A stretch of 64,000 nucleotides of DNA from Antedon mediterranea. Lineage: Eukaryota > Animalia > Echinodermata. A program made the position numbers and the translations under genes. The stretch is from contig NC_092675.1 of the NCBI RefSeq assembly GCF_964355755.1, positions 24,524,912-24,588,911 on the forward strand, read 5' to 3'. Below are positions 50,877 through 64,000 of the stretch, piece by piece. The stretch's first letter is position 1. The number at the start of each line of letters is the position of its first letter. Below the pieces are notes generated by a model, which was not told the DNA's origin, searched no databases, and saw nothing but the letters and a program-made list of their open reading frames with translations.

Positions 50877-53800
50877 ATGATGGCAGTGGTTTCAACAAGC
50901 GCCAATATTTCTCTTCCAATATTTTTAGTAGATGCCTTCGCAGCAAAACAGTTTCAAGGAAATCCTGCAGCAGTATGCTTGTTACAAAATGAGGTAACTT
51001 TGTATTCGGCCATTATGAAGGCCCGTACTAGCCTAGCTAGTAGGCCTACTAGGCCTAGGCAGGCCTAGGATAGCTAGCTAGAGTAGGCTAGGCTAGGTAG
51101 GCTACTACGTAATCCTACTTTAGTACTTACTACTTACTATAACGGCTGACCCTGTCCAGCCCCAGTGGCATTGGGCCTCTACTTCTAGCGTTTAATTTTG
51201 CTCGCGATACATGCACACCGCTTGAGTATGCGTTGAAAATATGTCCTGTTCCATAATATTTTTATACTAGGCTATTAGGCCTAGGCCTAGTATAGTCTCT
51301 TTAACTTGCCTAGCTAGTACTAGGACTTACTAATTAGGGGCTAGTTAGCCCTAGGCCTAGGCTATTCAGAAACTGAAATAACATTTATGTGTTTTTATTA
51401 ACTTTGAACACTAGATTTTGAGTGATGTTCAAATGCTTCAGATTGCACAAGAAATGAAACAATCAGAAACAGCATTTGTATCTCCAGTTAATCAAGCTGA
51501 TAATTTTCAAACAGGTTTGACTGAATTTTTATTAGAGCTATGTTTTCCGTCTTACAGAATGAATCATTTGTTAAATAATATGGACAATTATATAAGGAAT
51601 GAAATGGTGCTTCCATTCCGTGAAACATAAAAATGTGTTTATGTAATTGTAACTTAACTTTAATATATAAATTCAGGGACAATTATTTAATTAATTTAAC
51701 AAATTGATCTCAGGTTCTAATTTCAATCTACGATGGTTTACACCTACCAATGAAGTAAATCTATGTGGACATGCTACTATGGCAACATCTGCAGTAATAT
51801 TTGAAAAGAAATGTAAGTTTTTACATAAAGAACATAATCATTATCAAAACAGATCGCATGAAGCCTTTTATGTTGTTTGTTGTTTACCTAACAATCAGTA
51901 GTGAGTGAGTGGCCGAGTGGTTAAGACAGTGGAACCGTAATTACTTAGCCATAACATCGGCAGGGGTTCGAGGCTCACTCACTCCATGGTTCTGGTGGTA
52001 GAACAAGTCTTCTCGGATAAGGACTATAAACCGTAGGTCCAGTGTACACATCTAGCTCGTGTGCACTTTAAAGAACCTAGTACATCTTTCGAGACGAGTA
52101 GGGGGTTACCCCGGTGTATTAGTACATCACAGCCACTGATCATAACTGGGCTCTCTGGGAGACCAGTCTTTGATTGACTGAAGAGGTTAGCCAATACCCA
52201 GTATATTTCAATTAATCAATCATACTATACTGCAAGGTTTAAACACTTTCTGACTCAACTGCCAAATAAAATATAAACCTCTTTACATTGCAGTATGATT
52301 CTGTAATTTGTTATGCCTCACATATCCCCTCCCCCTCATTAAATAATTCATGGCAGCAGAAACAGACAAATTTTAAGGTTTACTGTAATGGCGATTGTGG
52401 GTCAGAACGGCATTTAACTGATTATAACGGTAATAGTTGTTTGATTGACAGTTGTAGTGTCTTGAAAATATGACTACCTTATCACATTGCATTTTGGGTA
52501 ATTTTAACGTAGAAATGCTGCCAGTCTATTTTTAAATACCGGGTAACTGGTTTATTCGGCGATATGCAGGTTCTTGTTTATAGAATACATACACTATCCA
52601 GACTGCCTTACATTTCATTATAAGCAGCTTACAGTATATTTTAAAACAATTTTATCACAAAGAATTAAGATTTATTGTTTTATATTTATTATTTTTTTAT
52701 TTTACAGGTAACGTTAATGAACAGTTAACCTTCCACACCAGAAGTGGCCAACTGATGGTAAAAACATGTCATGAGGATTTAGTAATGGACTTTCCCATGT
52801 ACCCAACAGTTCCACAGGTTTGTTGTGCTAATTAATTATCTTCTTTTTAATTAATGATATCCTCTGGTTTTAATAACTTTGTGGAAATATTAACAATTTA
52901 TAATTAATTATGATATTAAATAACTACTCCATTGAACCCTTACATGATCAACAGACAAACAAGTGGCAATCGCTTAAAATATAAATAAATTTTTCCCAAA
53001 ATGGGCTTCCGTAGATAAGGTATGGGACGATGGTTTTGCATAAATCATTCTGCATAACATATAATTAATTTCGTTGTACTATTTTTTACATTTTATAGGA
53101 GGAATCTACTGTAAAAGAATTAATAAAGGTTTGTTTTTAACAATGAATTATTATTTTTAACAAATAACATATTATACTATATATTGTACTATTGCATTAA
53201 ATACTATATTTGTTCACATATTTTTTTTGTCTTTAATTAATTAAAACAACAAAAAAGAATGTCTTTTGAATCTAGATAAAATTATTTTAAAATTGGAGAG
53301 CGTTTGATGCCTCAATTAATCTTTTACTTAGTTTTCTCGTTTGAATGAGCTATACAAAAACTAATATCACAACTTTTAAGTTGTGATATTAGTATTTTAT
53401 TATTTTACTTAAAAGTCCTGCATAAATGACTTTTATCTTTTGAAACAACTTCAGATTGTTGTTGATGATTTACTAATAAAAGAGGTTGAATATTCAGAAA
53501 AAACTGGCAAACTTTTGATCCGGTTACAGGATTCATACACAAGGTATCCTTAACTAGGTTATTTGTACACTGTACCTCTTTGCTTTTGTTTTCACTGAAT
53601 TAAATCATGTTTTTTAATTATTAGTTGAGTATTGGTGAGATTATACCACAGGACCTTCAATTTGCAACTTTACAATTTGGAGATCTTGTTATAAGGTTGC
53701 CAGATACATTATCAAGGTCAGCTTAATTTGGTTTTCCAAAAAAATATAAATATTGAAGTGGACAGTCATGTTGACACGCACTGAACATATGATGTAATGG

Positions 53801-55184
53801 CGGATGGTACGCAAGTGTATTGACCAGGCCAGACTATGTACTGTATAGGCGTAGTTTTGGTAGCTTATGCCTAGCCTAGATTCTAAATACCCTGAATGAA
53901 GGCTGTTATAGGACCTAACTTGTATTATTAAAATAATATATTTAAAATAACCACTAAAAAAAGTCATCGCAAGATCATTCTCCGCCATGATTGTGATAAA
54001 CAGCTTTATGACGTTATTTATATGTCTACTCGGTAATATGTCACTGAATACGTTCTCAAATTTAGCAGTCAGCGTTTTAAATCATAAAAATGTCGACATA
54101 GTAGACATGCAAACTGTTCCAAATATTATGGAAATGCTCTTTTATGTCATAATAATGCAAACATGCTCTTATGTTGGAAAGCAGCATGTGTTAATGTTGT
54201 TTATTTGTTTGCCATTTAATTCTATATGTAAATGCTCTTCAATATGTAAATAATGTATTAATTGTAATGTAATTATTATCATACAATTTTAATTATTTAT
54301 AACAGAAATGACCTTGAGAACTTAAAACCTGACACAACCGCCATGATGAAAGCGCAACCTAATGGCCCTGTTAAAGGTGTCATAATTACTTTGAAAGGAA
54401 GCCATGAAAATGGTGCTACAGATGACAATGATCAACAATTTGATTTTATTTCGCGTTACTTTGCACCCTGGAATGGAATACCTGAAGACCCAGTAACTGG
54501 TAAGTTTACATTTGCAAGTATACAATTTTATTTAATTATTTACAATTTACATTAACTTTTGATTAATTAATATTGTTTACCATTTATATATTTAGGAGCT
54601 GCGCACACAGTACTTGCCAGTTATTGGTCACGTCAACTGAACAAGACCAGTCTTTATGGTATTTGATACATTTAATTATGATTAATGGCATTAAATGGCA
54701 CTATAGCTCATTTTTTCAAAAGAACACCAACAGAGAAATAAGCTCCAAATGTCCACCAGTCTGTGAGAAATTGCTCAGTTCTCATTGACAAGCCCTAGGC
54801 CAGTTTTTCGGGCCATTATCTGGAATCATTCTATATGGCATAGCGTAAACTTAGCATGAATCTACCATAGCCATTTAAAACCAACAGCCAACTGAAATGT
54901 TCTTTAAAACTCAAAGGAGTTGTTTCATTGTAAAAGAGAGGGCAGCCTTGTCAAAAATAATTGTATAGTTTATGTAAAAAAAAAATTAAATGTAAAGTTT
55001 ATTATCGTCCAAATTAAAATCACAAATAGTTTTATATTATTACTCTTGTTTTTTTTTTCTTACAGCCAGACAATGTTCAGCAAGGGGAGGCAATGTTCGG
55101 TTGACTGTCAAAGAGACTCGAGTAGATTTAGCAGGAAAAGCAAGCATTGTTGTTGAAGGAAAAATTAATCTCAACAAATGTTAA
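50877..55184 (+). CDS. PBLD: Phenazine biosynthesis-like domain-containing protein (PhzF family), 306 aa
   Basis: 9 phase-consistent exons: 50877-50993, 51415-51514, 51714-51812, 52708-52817, 53099-53128, 53455-53543, 54306-54499, 54596-54658, 55066-55184 (921 nt). Motifs [63 protein letters not shown]. Confidence 0.96.
51901..52215 (+). mobile_element. Full-length tRNA-derived SINE with Deu/Nin-like central domain
   Basis: A box TGGCCGAGTGG, B box GGTTCGAGGC, core tctcggataaggactataaaccg...aaagaacc...gagtagggggttaccccggtg, short aatc-type tail; three other copies in the window. Confidence 0.85.
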
Positions 55185-55620
55185 AGAGCGTCTAAGTCGT
55201 GGACATACACTGCCACTAAATATCGAAATTATCATAGAAAATAGATGAAAACTACATTTTTTAAAACCGATATTTTCATATTCAAATTGTGATAATTTAT
55301 TTGTAAAGACAACACAGTAACGTTACTGTACAGTATATACTTTTACAACTTTTGTCATTGTTTTAGTTTTCCAAAATCTTTAAAAATGTAACATGTGCAC
55401 TGCCATCTGCTTTGTGTGTCTTATTTTCCTAATAAGTAGAGCTAATTGCTACAAAACTTACTACTACCTAAAATACTAAAGGGGGCTATATACACTATTT
55501 ACAATTTTCTATATCTGAGTTTACATAGTCGCTCACAGTTCAACCTGGGAGATGGTTCAACAGCGTTCAGAGGTAGAGATATCACAGTATTTGATTTAGT
55601 GCATCAAATCTGGTATAATA

Positions 55621-55748
55621 AGCCCAGTCTGCACTATCACACTGTATGTGATGTGCCTATAATAATGGACACGATGACATCATATCATTATCATATTGGA
55701 GCACATACCATTTTATTGTCAAACTAGTTTCATAGTGTAGTCAGAGCT
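55621..55748. mobile_element. Short MITE (agctctgtctacac TIR family), diverged
   Basis: Colinear with 27607-27727. Confidence 0.65.
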
Positions 55749-57379
55749 TTAGTCTAATTCTCAATGCAAAACAGCAGTGTGTACTAAGGCCATGTCTGTG
55801 AATGTGGTGATTAATGTTTCTCTACATTTTCCTGTTGCTTTTCTTTCCTGTTTGATAAATAACCACTTTTATTAACTTATGTTTTGTATATCAACAACAT
55901 TTTTACCAATAATGAATTATTTATATCATAGATATTATAATATCGAGATATTACCATGCTTATGGTATTATAACATAGTTAGTATCACTTTTTTAATCAC
56001 TGTATGGAAATATCCATGTATCTAAAGACTAGTTTTCTTTGTATGGACTTATGAGTTGTTCTTGATAATTTAAGTTTGCTTAATTCTGATAAATGCACTC
56101 ATATGATTAAAAAATAAATAAATAAGTTCTCAAATATAAAGTTCAGATAGTGGATTTATCTAAATTTAGTTCTAGAATATTCACTAATCCAGTTTGGTAG
56201 CTTTAGATTTAATTAATTTTTTTGTGGAAAATACCAACATAAGATAGTGATTTTGATTTTATTATGTAATGTTTATATTTCGTGGTATGGTATTTTAAAG
56301 ATAAGATTAATTAGAACGTACAATGGAAAAAATTATGTTAAAAAGTGATTAAAAAAGCAGTATTGAACCTCATTATTATATAGATACCATAAGATAGGCT
56401 GATAAGATGTAACAATTACATCTTAAAAGTACAAATTTTCTTCTTTTTAGAAATTTATTTTTTGTTTTTTATTATTCATCCAGACTAGTATTAATTTTAG
56501 AAAGATATCAATCTAATCAACTGGATTTACTTGTCTTGTTTAATAAACAGCGACGTTTCACGACCTATCCAGGTGGATTAGATTGATATAAAGTATTTCT
56601 AAAATATATTACTACTGGCAACCATATCTCATAAGTCATTAGCATTTTTGTATTTCTTAATATCTACATCTTTATGGCGCTGTTTAATAACAAAGACGAT
56701 TAGGCTACAAATCCTAATATACGATTTAGATGAAGTTAGCATTACTTGTTTATTGAAATAATAGACATTTGGCTAAGTATCTACGATTGATATTAAAAAT
56801 AATAACTGAAATTAAAAATTACATTTCTACAATTGATTTTATATTGTCTGCACGCGGCGAATCTCGTGTTAGTTTGTAAAAACACGTGGCAATACGCTGT
56901 TCTGCTACATTGCTACGTTGCGTTAAGTGGTATTGTGTGTTTTCTTTTCTTTTACTAACAATAACTGGAACAGTAAATTCAGTGATAGCAATTTACGATA
57001 CCAGAATAATTACCTCAATTATAGGTTAACTAGCGGATGGGATCCCAGACATTAAAATAAATTGTTTTTCTTATTACATATCAATTCGAGATGAAATATT
57101 TCTAAAAATACAGCAGTGCATGTGGCGCACAGGCGGCGGGAAAACAACCCTGCCAAAAATACACCTGTACGGCTGTCAAATTATTAGAATCGGAAGGAGG
57201 GGGCGGAGGCAGGTTTTAGAATTTCTGCTATGCCTGTTAATAGTATACATTTAATGTTAATGTTGCTTCTTTAGGTCTTATTGTATTATTATTGATTGTC
57301 TCCATCCCCGAAACCTCGACTAAGAAATACTGGAATGGTGTCCGGCGGGCGATAGTTTATTACCATTAGTTAAGGTCCT

Positions 57380-57448
57380 ATGTAAAGCACCTAGAGGGGT
57401 CAGTGATCCATTAGGCGCTATATAAATACTGTTTATTATTATTATTAA
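57380..57448 (+). mobile_element. L2-type LINE/SINE 3' tail
   Basis: tgtaaagcacctagag...aggcgctatataaatac followed by (tta)n. Confidence 0.55.
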
Positions 57449-59173
57449 TATATATTGTGCTGCCCTTTGGTGTGACTATCGTATGAAAACTATTAGATCT
57501 CTTATACAATACAATAATGCTCTGCGCCGTATACTGAATGTCTCTAGAAGAAGTAGGCTTAGTGCCAGTATGATGTTGAACGTGGTATCCCTTCCTTTAA
57601 TAAGTATATACGAAAATCTATCTATGATTTCATGCAACGTATGTTGAATAGTTGTGTTTGCAAACATATATGCTTCATAACTCAAAAATGTATTGTAGAT
57701 GGAGAAGTATCGTATATATTTAAGCTTAGCGAATTTTCTTTTTCTGTCTGTACGTTTGTTGATATGAATGAAATTTCCGAAATAAAAGAAACTAAAATTG
57801 AAATTAAATGCAAATATTGTGGACGGTCGTTAAATTTCGACAATAAATTCCAGGTGATAGTTGATTGTACCAAGGTCTAAAACTAGAAAACGTTGATATA
57901 TTCATAATATTCATAAATTTATACTTGTGGACGAATGAAGTTACTAAACTTATAAATTAAGTCTCGAATCTTAAGAATCGAATCTATTTTATTTTTATCA
58001 ACAATGTTTCCCTACGTTAACAATGTTTATATTTTTTAAATATCTTCAAAATAATGTATTGGCCTTTGTGCTTAAAACTAATGTAGACCTACCGGTATGC
58101 GTAGGCCTGTGCTTATAATTGTGTATTGTCAGAGGAAGTTTAATTGGAAGACGAAGAATTAATTCCAATTATGGACCAATAAAGAAAAAGTACGCAGATA
58201 TTCTTGGATTCAACAAAAAGGAAAACACAAAAAAGAAATGATAATAAAATACGACAGAGGCACCTGCAACCAAATATATTAAGCCGTATGAGTGGATATG
58301 GTATAAAACATGCATTTTTAAATTACTAATTAACCGAAAGTTCATGGTCGAAGTTAATGTCTACTTAGATCGATTGGTTATAGATGGAATTATAGATTTT
58401 GTATATGATTTGCATCTTGTAAAGATGAAGCAGATCAAACGCATGACAGGGCAACTCCCTGGTTATCTATAGCATCTAAATTAAATATTAGAAAAACAAA
58501 GCAGCACAGGGGCGACAGACGATCACTAAGCCGCGCCGCAAAATACAATAACTCGCATCATCCAAACTTACTTCAATGTGTAATTCAATTGTATTTTGCT
58601 AACAAAGCCCGTTACTTACAACGTCAATACGCGGATATTTTATTGCAGAGAGGTGGGGGGGGGGGGGGCAATGTGATAATTAACAATGTCTAAATATATT
58701 ATTATAAAATTATATACAAATATTATAATCATATTTAGGCATTATTAAATACAGTATCTGAGCATTTTCAGAGAATATTTCTACACCAACTAGTGCATGA
58801 TTAATACAATATTTTGTTTGGACAAAGTGGATAAAAAAAACATTTTTAGTGAATTTAGGCATTAGGTTTTTTTAGAGAGCGATTATGTCTATATACCAGA
58901 ATGATGTCTAGCCTAGCCTAGTCTACTATGCACCGCCCTATTGTCCATACATTTTCGTTCCCGATATGGCCACTTGCATTCAAACAAAGCAAGTGGGGGT
59001 GTCACGGTGGGTAGGTGGATTTGATCGAAGGATCATTTCTATATACAAATGTTCCGCTAAATTTAACTTGAACATTAACAATAATTATGTTTAGGCTACT
59101 AACCGACAGATGTTCTCTATGTTGATTAACACTACGTTGTGCGCAATTACAATAATTACTTTGGTTATCTTGA

Positions 59174-59189
59174 TATAAAAGTGACGTCA
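59174..59189 (+). promoter_or_regulatory. TATA box with abutting CRE palindrome upstream of the atonal gene
   Basis: TATAAAAG (59174-59181) immediately followed by TGACGTCA (59182-59189), ~150 bp before the ATG. Confidence 0.5.
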
Positions 59190-59337
59190 TCAGACATTTA
59201 GATGCACTAGTGACAGGTAATACTGATTAACATGAAATTAATAATATTGCTCGCTGAGTTCTATACATTATAATACGACAGACGGTAGACGATCGCTACA
59301 GCGGCAACAGTTGGTAGATGACAACCAGGAAAGCATC

Positions 59338-59925
59338 ATGTTTGACCAAACTAAGTGTTCAGGTACAAATCGACATTCTCAAATAGTTCATATCCTAGAA
59401 AAGTTTCTTCGATTTACAAACGTTCAGAAAGAACTCAACAAGGTTGACTATTCTAATATAAATTCCTCATCTGAAGACATGGAAAACGAACAGAGCATAG
59501 ATTTGAGTGACGAACAAGAAACGGAGAAGTTTACATTTGTAGTCAGACCTAGCGAAGTAATAGATAAACCTTCAACAATTCGACGACGAACTTTGAGTAG
59601 ATTTGCTAAATCACGAGTTAGTGCAAGAAAAATTCAATCTAAGCGAACTGTTAACTTTTCGTCATGTTGCAAAGATTGGTCATGCCAACGTCAGTGTGAA
59701 CGAACAAGTCCCTCTAATAGTCCTGTTCGTCGCCTGGCCGCGAACGCACGAGAGCGTCGTCGAATGGATTGTCTGAACACGGCATTTGACGACCTTCGCG
59801 CAGTTTTGCCATCACTTGGAGGGAATCAGAAGCTGTCTAAATATGATACATTACACATGGCAATGACGTATATAGACGAGCTGATGAAACTTCTAGAGAG
59901 TACTTCTAAGAAAACTATAAACTGA
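59338..59925 (+). CDS. Atonal-family proneural bHLH transcription factor (ATOH1/ATOH7/amos-like), 195 aa, uninterrupted CDS
   Basis: C-terminal b[55 protein letters not shown] with the atonal-type basic region; first ATG at 59338. Confidence 0.93.
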   Translation: MFDQTKCSGTNRHSQIVHILEKFLRFTNVQKELNKVDYSNINSSSEDMENEQSIDLSDEQETEKFTFVVRPSEVIDKPSTIRRRTLSRFAKSRVSARKIQSKRTVNFSSCCKDWSCQRQCERTSPSNSPVRRLAANARERRRMDCLNTAFDDLRAVLPSLGGNQKLSKYDTLHMAMTYIDELMKLLESTSKKTIN

Positions 59926-61164
59926 ACGTAAGTTGGATCAAACATCAAAACAATTTTGTTGTTAATCTAATTTTTTTGCTGTGAATGGTTGCTACAACAA
60001 ATGGAGGTGTTTTTTTCGCAGGAATACACAAATTATCAACTATCTGTTTTACAACACATGCAGTAGTAAAGGAATATTTTAAGTTTAAAAACAATTCCAT
60101 GTTTTTTAAAGACGCCTATTTGTAATTGACTTACACGGACCTACCTATACTGTGTTTTTCTATGTAATAAATGTATTGCATTTTACAATATGAATTCCGA
60201 AATATGAATATAATATATAGTTATTGTGTTCTGAGATGTACTTTTCTCTTACTATTACAGAACTACATACGCGGTGTACCATCGTCGTGCAATCCTTCAA
60301 ACATAATGTGGATGGTTTTAACTTTCTTAACTATATTAAGATACCACCAAGACTGTGTTAATTCAATGCAGATTACATAATCAAGGCTATAGGCCTATAA
60401 ACGCCTTCAAGATAATTCCGTATTTTGTTCAATTTAATAACACGTTTTTGCCTTGCTTTTCATAGAAATGTGCGCTATAATGGTAATATTTGTATATATA
60501 TATTTTTTCAAATTAAATAAATCATTTTCCAAACAATAGACATGTTATTATGTTATGTTCATAAATATTTGGGGAGGGGGAGTGTTGGTACCCGGTCTGG
60601 GGCGAATATACCTGGTCAAACTGTATAGCATTATTAGAGACAATGTAGTATTATTGCATACAATAATACGTTTCTTATTTCAATAAAAATTAATTTGATT
60701 CTTGACATGAGAATAAGAATTTTGACCTTCACCCAATATTAACATTATTTGTGTCCAGATATATTATAGAATAAGCAACAACATATCGCATAATAATTTG
60801 CTAAAGTTAATTCTAATGATGATTTGTTACATTTCTACTACTCTCTTTCTACTCACATAGCATATTAGTATATACATTAATATACATTAATTAAATTGTG
60901 ATACGTCCGCGTTCTAGATACCTTGGATTAATGATTTTCGAGAAATATCGGTCTTCGACAAGTTTAAAGATTTTGTAAACTATAAGTCATAGGTCCTAGT
61001 AATTAAAATTTTTGTTGATCACTGGTCGTGGGAAAGTAATTAAGTTACAATACAAGATCGTCATTCATTTATTTTGTCAAAATCAATAGGTAATAATAAT
61101 AACAACGAATATGAATTAATCCTATTTTAATTCCTATGTAGGCCCTAATTGTATATTATTTATT

Positions 61165-62976
61165 TTATGGTACTGGTACCCATGGGTCGAAGACACAATC
61201 ATTTCCATTCAGGCATGGGTCAGCTTGTTCTCGCTGAGGAGCTGGAAAAAATACAGATACTGACTGGTTGTGATAGTTGTAGAGTTTAGTTAATAAGAAC
61301 TTAACAACCATAGGATACGCTTCAGACAGGTCATTCATTTCAAGTGGATCTTTCCTGACATTGTACAACCAAACAATTTGATCGGTAGGGCTACTTTGCC
61401 CATTTATTGTGGTAAGGCCGGAATCGGGAGGTGCTATCCAACCTGTTTGCCCTGTAAAAAAAATAAACTAAAGGCGTAATAGAAGTAAAATACATATATT
61501 ATTATTTAGACCGACACGATTAGAGGAAAACAACATTTGTCGACGTTTTTGTGTCCATCAATGCCATTTTTGTATTTAGGTGTTTGAAACGGGTGAGAGA
61601 GAAAGAGTTACGGCGAGGTTGTAATTAGGTATCAAAATGACCCAAATTATGGGAAGATTTCAGGCTACTTTTGATAGAGTTATCAACATATGACCGTGAA
61701 AGTTTTAAACTATATGAAGTGGGATCGGAGAGAGGTACCCGATTTTCTGGGGCGGGTATTTCAGTACCATTGCAAAACTCACCAGTATTTCCAGTCAAAA
61801 GCTTCCAGTTTCTGTATCGTATTGCAGCCTCAATACTGACATCAAATAGGCTCATATTGACAATCCAATCTCGACCACCAGAAACTACATTCAATGGATT
61901 GATGTTGTGCAAAAGTTCAAGACGACTAGAACGAGTACCGTACCTGTTGATTGAGATTGTCAAAATAAATAATAACACATTAAAGTGGCGAGACGTCAAT
62001 CGATATTAGGAAGCATTTAAATTACGACGGCTACCTCCTGGTTTAAAATTTATATATATTTGTTTATCATAAAATTTAAAGCTTTGTAATAACAATAATA
62101 ACCCTACTTATTTTAGCAAAACAATAGAAACTTTAAATCATGAGCTAACCTTTGAACCTGGATCTACCGAAACCTGGACCTACTTTGAACATGGAGCTAC
62201 CCTTTAAACCTGGATCTATCCTTTATACCTGGATCTACCCCTTGAACCTGGATCTACCCTTTGAACCTGGATCTACCCTTTGAACTTTAAGCTACTTTTA
62301 AACCTGGAGCTCCCCTTTGAACCTGGATATACCGAAACCTGGACCTACTTTCAACATGGAGCTACCCTTTAAACCTAGATCTACCCTTTGAACCTAAATT
62401 TACCGTTCGAGCTTTGAGCTACCATTTGAACTTGGGACTACCCTTTGAACTCACACACCAGATACTATGAATAATATTATGTCATTAAATATTGTCATTT
62501 GGGAAATTACTGTATTGTTTTTAAGAATCATAGGCCTACTTGATAGTATTCCACTGGTTGATTCCATCCAGGGGTTTTGTCCCGTTTGTGTTCCATCCAG
62601 CTATACCTTCAACAATGGTGGGAAACCAATCACTAACGTGGATCAGTCGATTGTTAATAGTGCCCTTAACGTTTCCCGAAAGTAATGGACTATGGACAAA
62701 TCCAACAGCTCGGATACCTCCTTCGAACAGCGAGAACTTGAAACCACGTAATGGCCAGTTATTACCGGCGCCTCCTTGAATAACGTCACTTCCTACAGCG
62801 CCACCATTATCTAGAATGATAATATGTATTATTTAAATTATCTATTCTGTTATTTCGACATAACAGAAAAAAATGTTGCCAACTTTGGATTAGGCGACAA
62901 CAACGTAATACTCACCACTAGAAAATATTATGATAGTGTCTTCATAGATTCCAGTTTCTTTCAATGCATCTACGAC
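61165..62976 (-). CDS. Arylsulfatase B-like (ARSB/ARSI/ARSJ family), 3' exons only
   Basis: Exons 62976-62916, 62810-62540, 61943-61783, 61451-61165 in phase. Motifs [77 protein letters not shown]. 5' exons lie beyond the window. Confidence 0.93.
62145..62452. repeat. Intronic minisatellite, ~19-20-bp unit
   Basis: ccctttgaacctggatcta and variants, about 15 copies. Confidence 0.9.
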
Positions 62977-63382
62977 CTAATTAATATTATTAAATCATAA
63001 TATAATTTTTAAATATCATAATATTCAAAACAATAAATGTGATTTCAAAACACATCATCGTACATACAGATATCTTACCCTCACTTCCGTGAATATGGGA
63101 AGTCTACAGGACCCGACATGATACCAGCAAAATGACTTACTAAGCGGTTGATATTCTAGAAAGGAAGATTGGAAAGAGGGATATACATAGTAACATTACA
63201 GAGCAATAATGTTTATTTCCATGTCCTGGAAGCTGTTAACAGGCTGGCTTAAGGAAAGGAAGATTATCAGACCCGGAAGAGTATCATTGAACAGTACACT
63301 CATAGTGATTCTTGACAGGAAATCACTATGGCGTCTATATTAGACTGATCACTTATACATCCATTTCTTTTATGGTAAAGAA

Positions 63383-64000
63383 ATGTCAGACAGCAGAACA
63401 AAAAAAAAAGATGCTGAATGGGTAAAGAACTATCAGACAGCAGAACAAAGTAAGCAAGATGCTGAATGGGTAAAGAACTGTCAGACAGCAGAACAAAGTA
63501 ACAAGATGCTGAATGGGTAAAGAACTGTCAGACAGCAGAACAAAGTAACAAGATGCTGAATGGGTAAAGAACTGTCAGACAGCAGAACAAAGTAACAAAA
63601 TGCTGAATGGGTAAAGAACTGTCAGACAGAAGAACAAAGTAACAAGATGCTGAATGGGTAAAGAACTGTCAGACAGCAGAACAAAGTAACAAGATGCTGA
63701 ATGGGTAAAGAACTGTCAGACAGCAGAACAAAGTAACAAGATGCTGAATGGGTAAAGAACTGTCAGACAGCAGAACAAAGTAACAAGATGCTGAATGGGT
63801 AAAGAACTGTCAGACAGCAGAACAAAGTAAACAAGATGCTGAATGGGTAAAGAACTGTCAGACAGCAGAACAAAGTAAACAAGATGCCGAATGGGTAAAG
63901 CACTGTCAGACAGAAGAACAAAGTAACAAGATGCTGAATGGGTAAAAATCTGTGATAAAAAGCAGAATCCAGTAAACAAGATGCTGCATGGGTAAAGAAC
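63383..64000. repeat. Intronic minisatellite, 47-bp unit x~13
   Basis: tgtcagacagcagaacaaagtaacaagatgctgaatgggtaaagaac repeated to the window edge. Confidence 0.95.

Noticed and set aside
58652-58668. Poly-G run as a G-quadruplex element
   Set aside because: A simple homopolymer with no supporting context.
59311-59337. N-terminal extension of the atonal ORF from TTG
   Set aside because: Non-ATG start from the ORF caller; the first ATG is at 59338.
63078-63155. Possible extra arylsulfatase exon (AG...GTAAG bounded on the minus strand)
   Set aside because: The translation does not resemble the expected sulfatase segment and the frame examined contains stops.
63383-64000. CRISPR-like regular array
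   Set aside because: Units are contiguous near-identical 47-mers with no unique spacers and no cas genes, in a eukaryotic intron.

Overview
AT-rich, intron-containing animal genomic DNA, probably a marine invertebrate. The Deu/Nin-type SINE and repeat content are compatible with an echinoderm-like deuterostome, but that is inference only. Most ORFs in the supplied track are spurious, so genes were rebuilt by hand from GT-AG junctions with consistent reading phase. Left to right: (1) an orphan signal-peptide first exon on the minus strand (18239-18305) followed by more than 18 kb of repeat-rich intron; (2) ELL elongation factor (minus, 11 coding exons, 530 aa), head-to-head with (3) NAA35/MAK10 (plus, 15 coding exons, 720 aa); (4) a three-Ig-domain, probably GPI-anchored protein (minus, 5 exons, 332 aa); (5) PBLD/PhzF-family isomerase (plus, 9 exons, 306 aa); (6) an atonal-family bHLH gene with an uninterrupted CDS (plus, 195 aa); (7) the 3' exons of an arylsulfatase B-like gene (minus). 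Non-autonomous elements are abundant: Harbinger-, Kolobok-, IS3EU-, MULE/foldback- and Helentron-like elements, tRNA- and 5S-derived SINEs, and Penelope-like relics with decayed hammerhead motifs. Best leads: a multibranched ~290-nt RNA-structure candidate downstream of ELL; foldback transposons sitting at three gene 5' ends; CTAG/AGGCCT-rich tracts marking 5' ends; an out-of-order NAA35 pseudo-exon; and a candidate U12 intron in PBLD. No wholly new multi-gene system is demonstrable from sequence alone.
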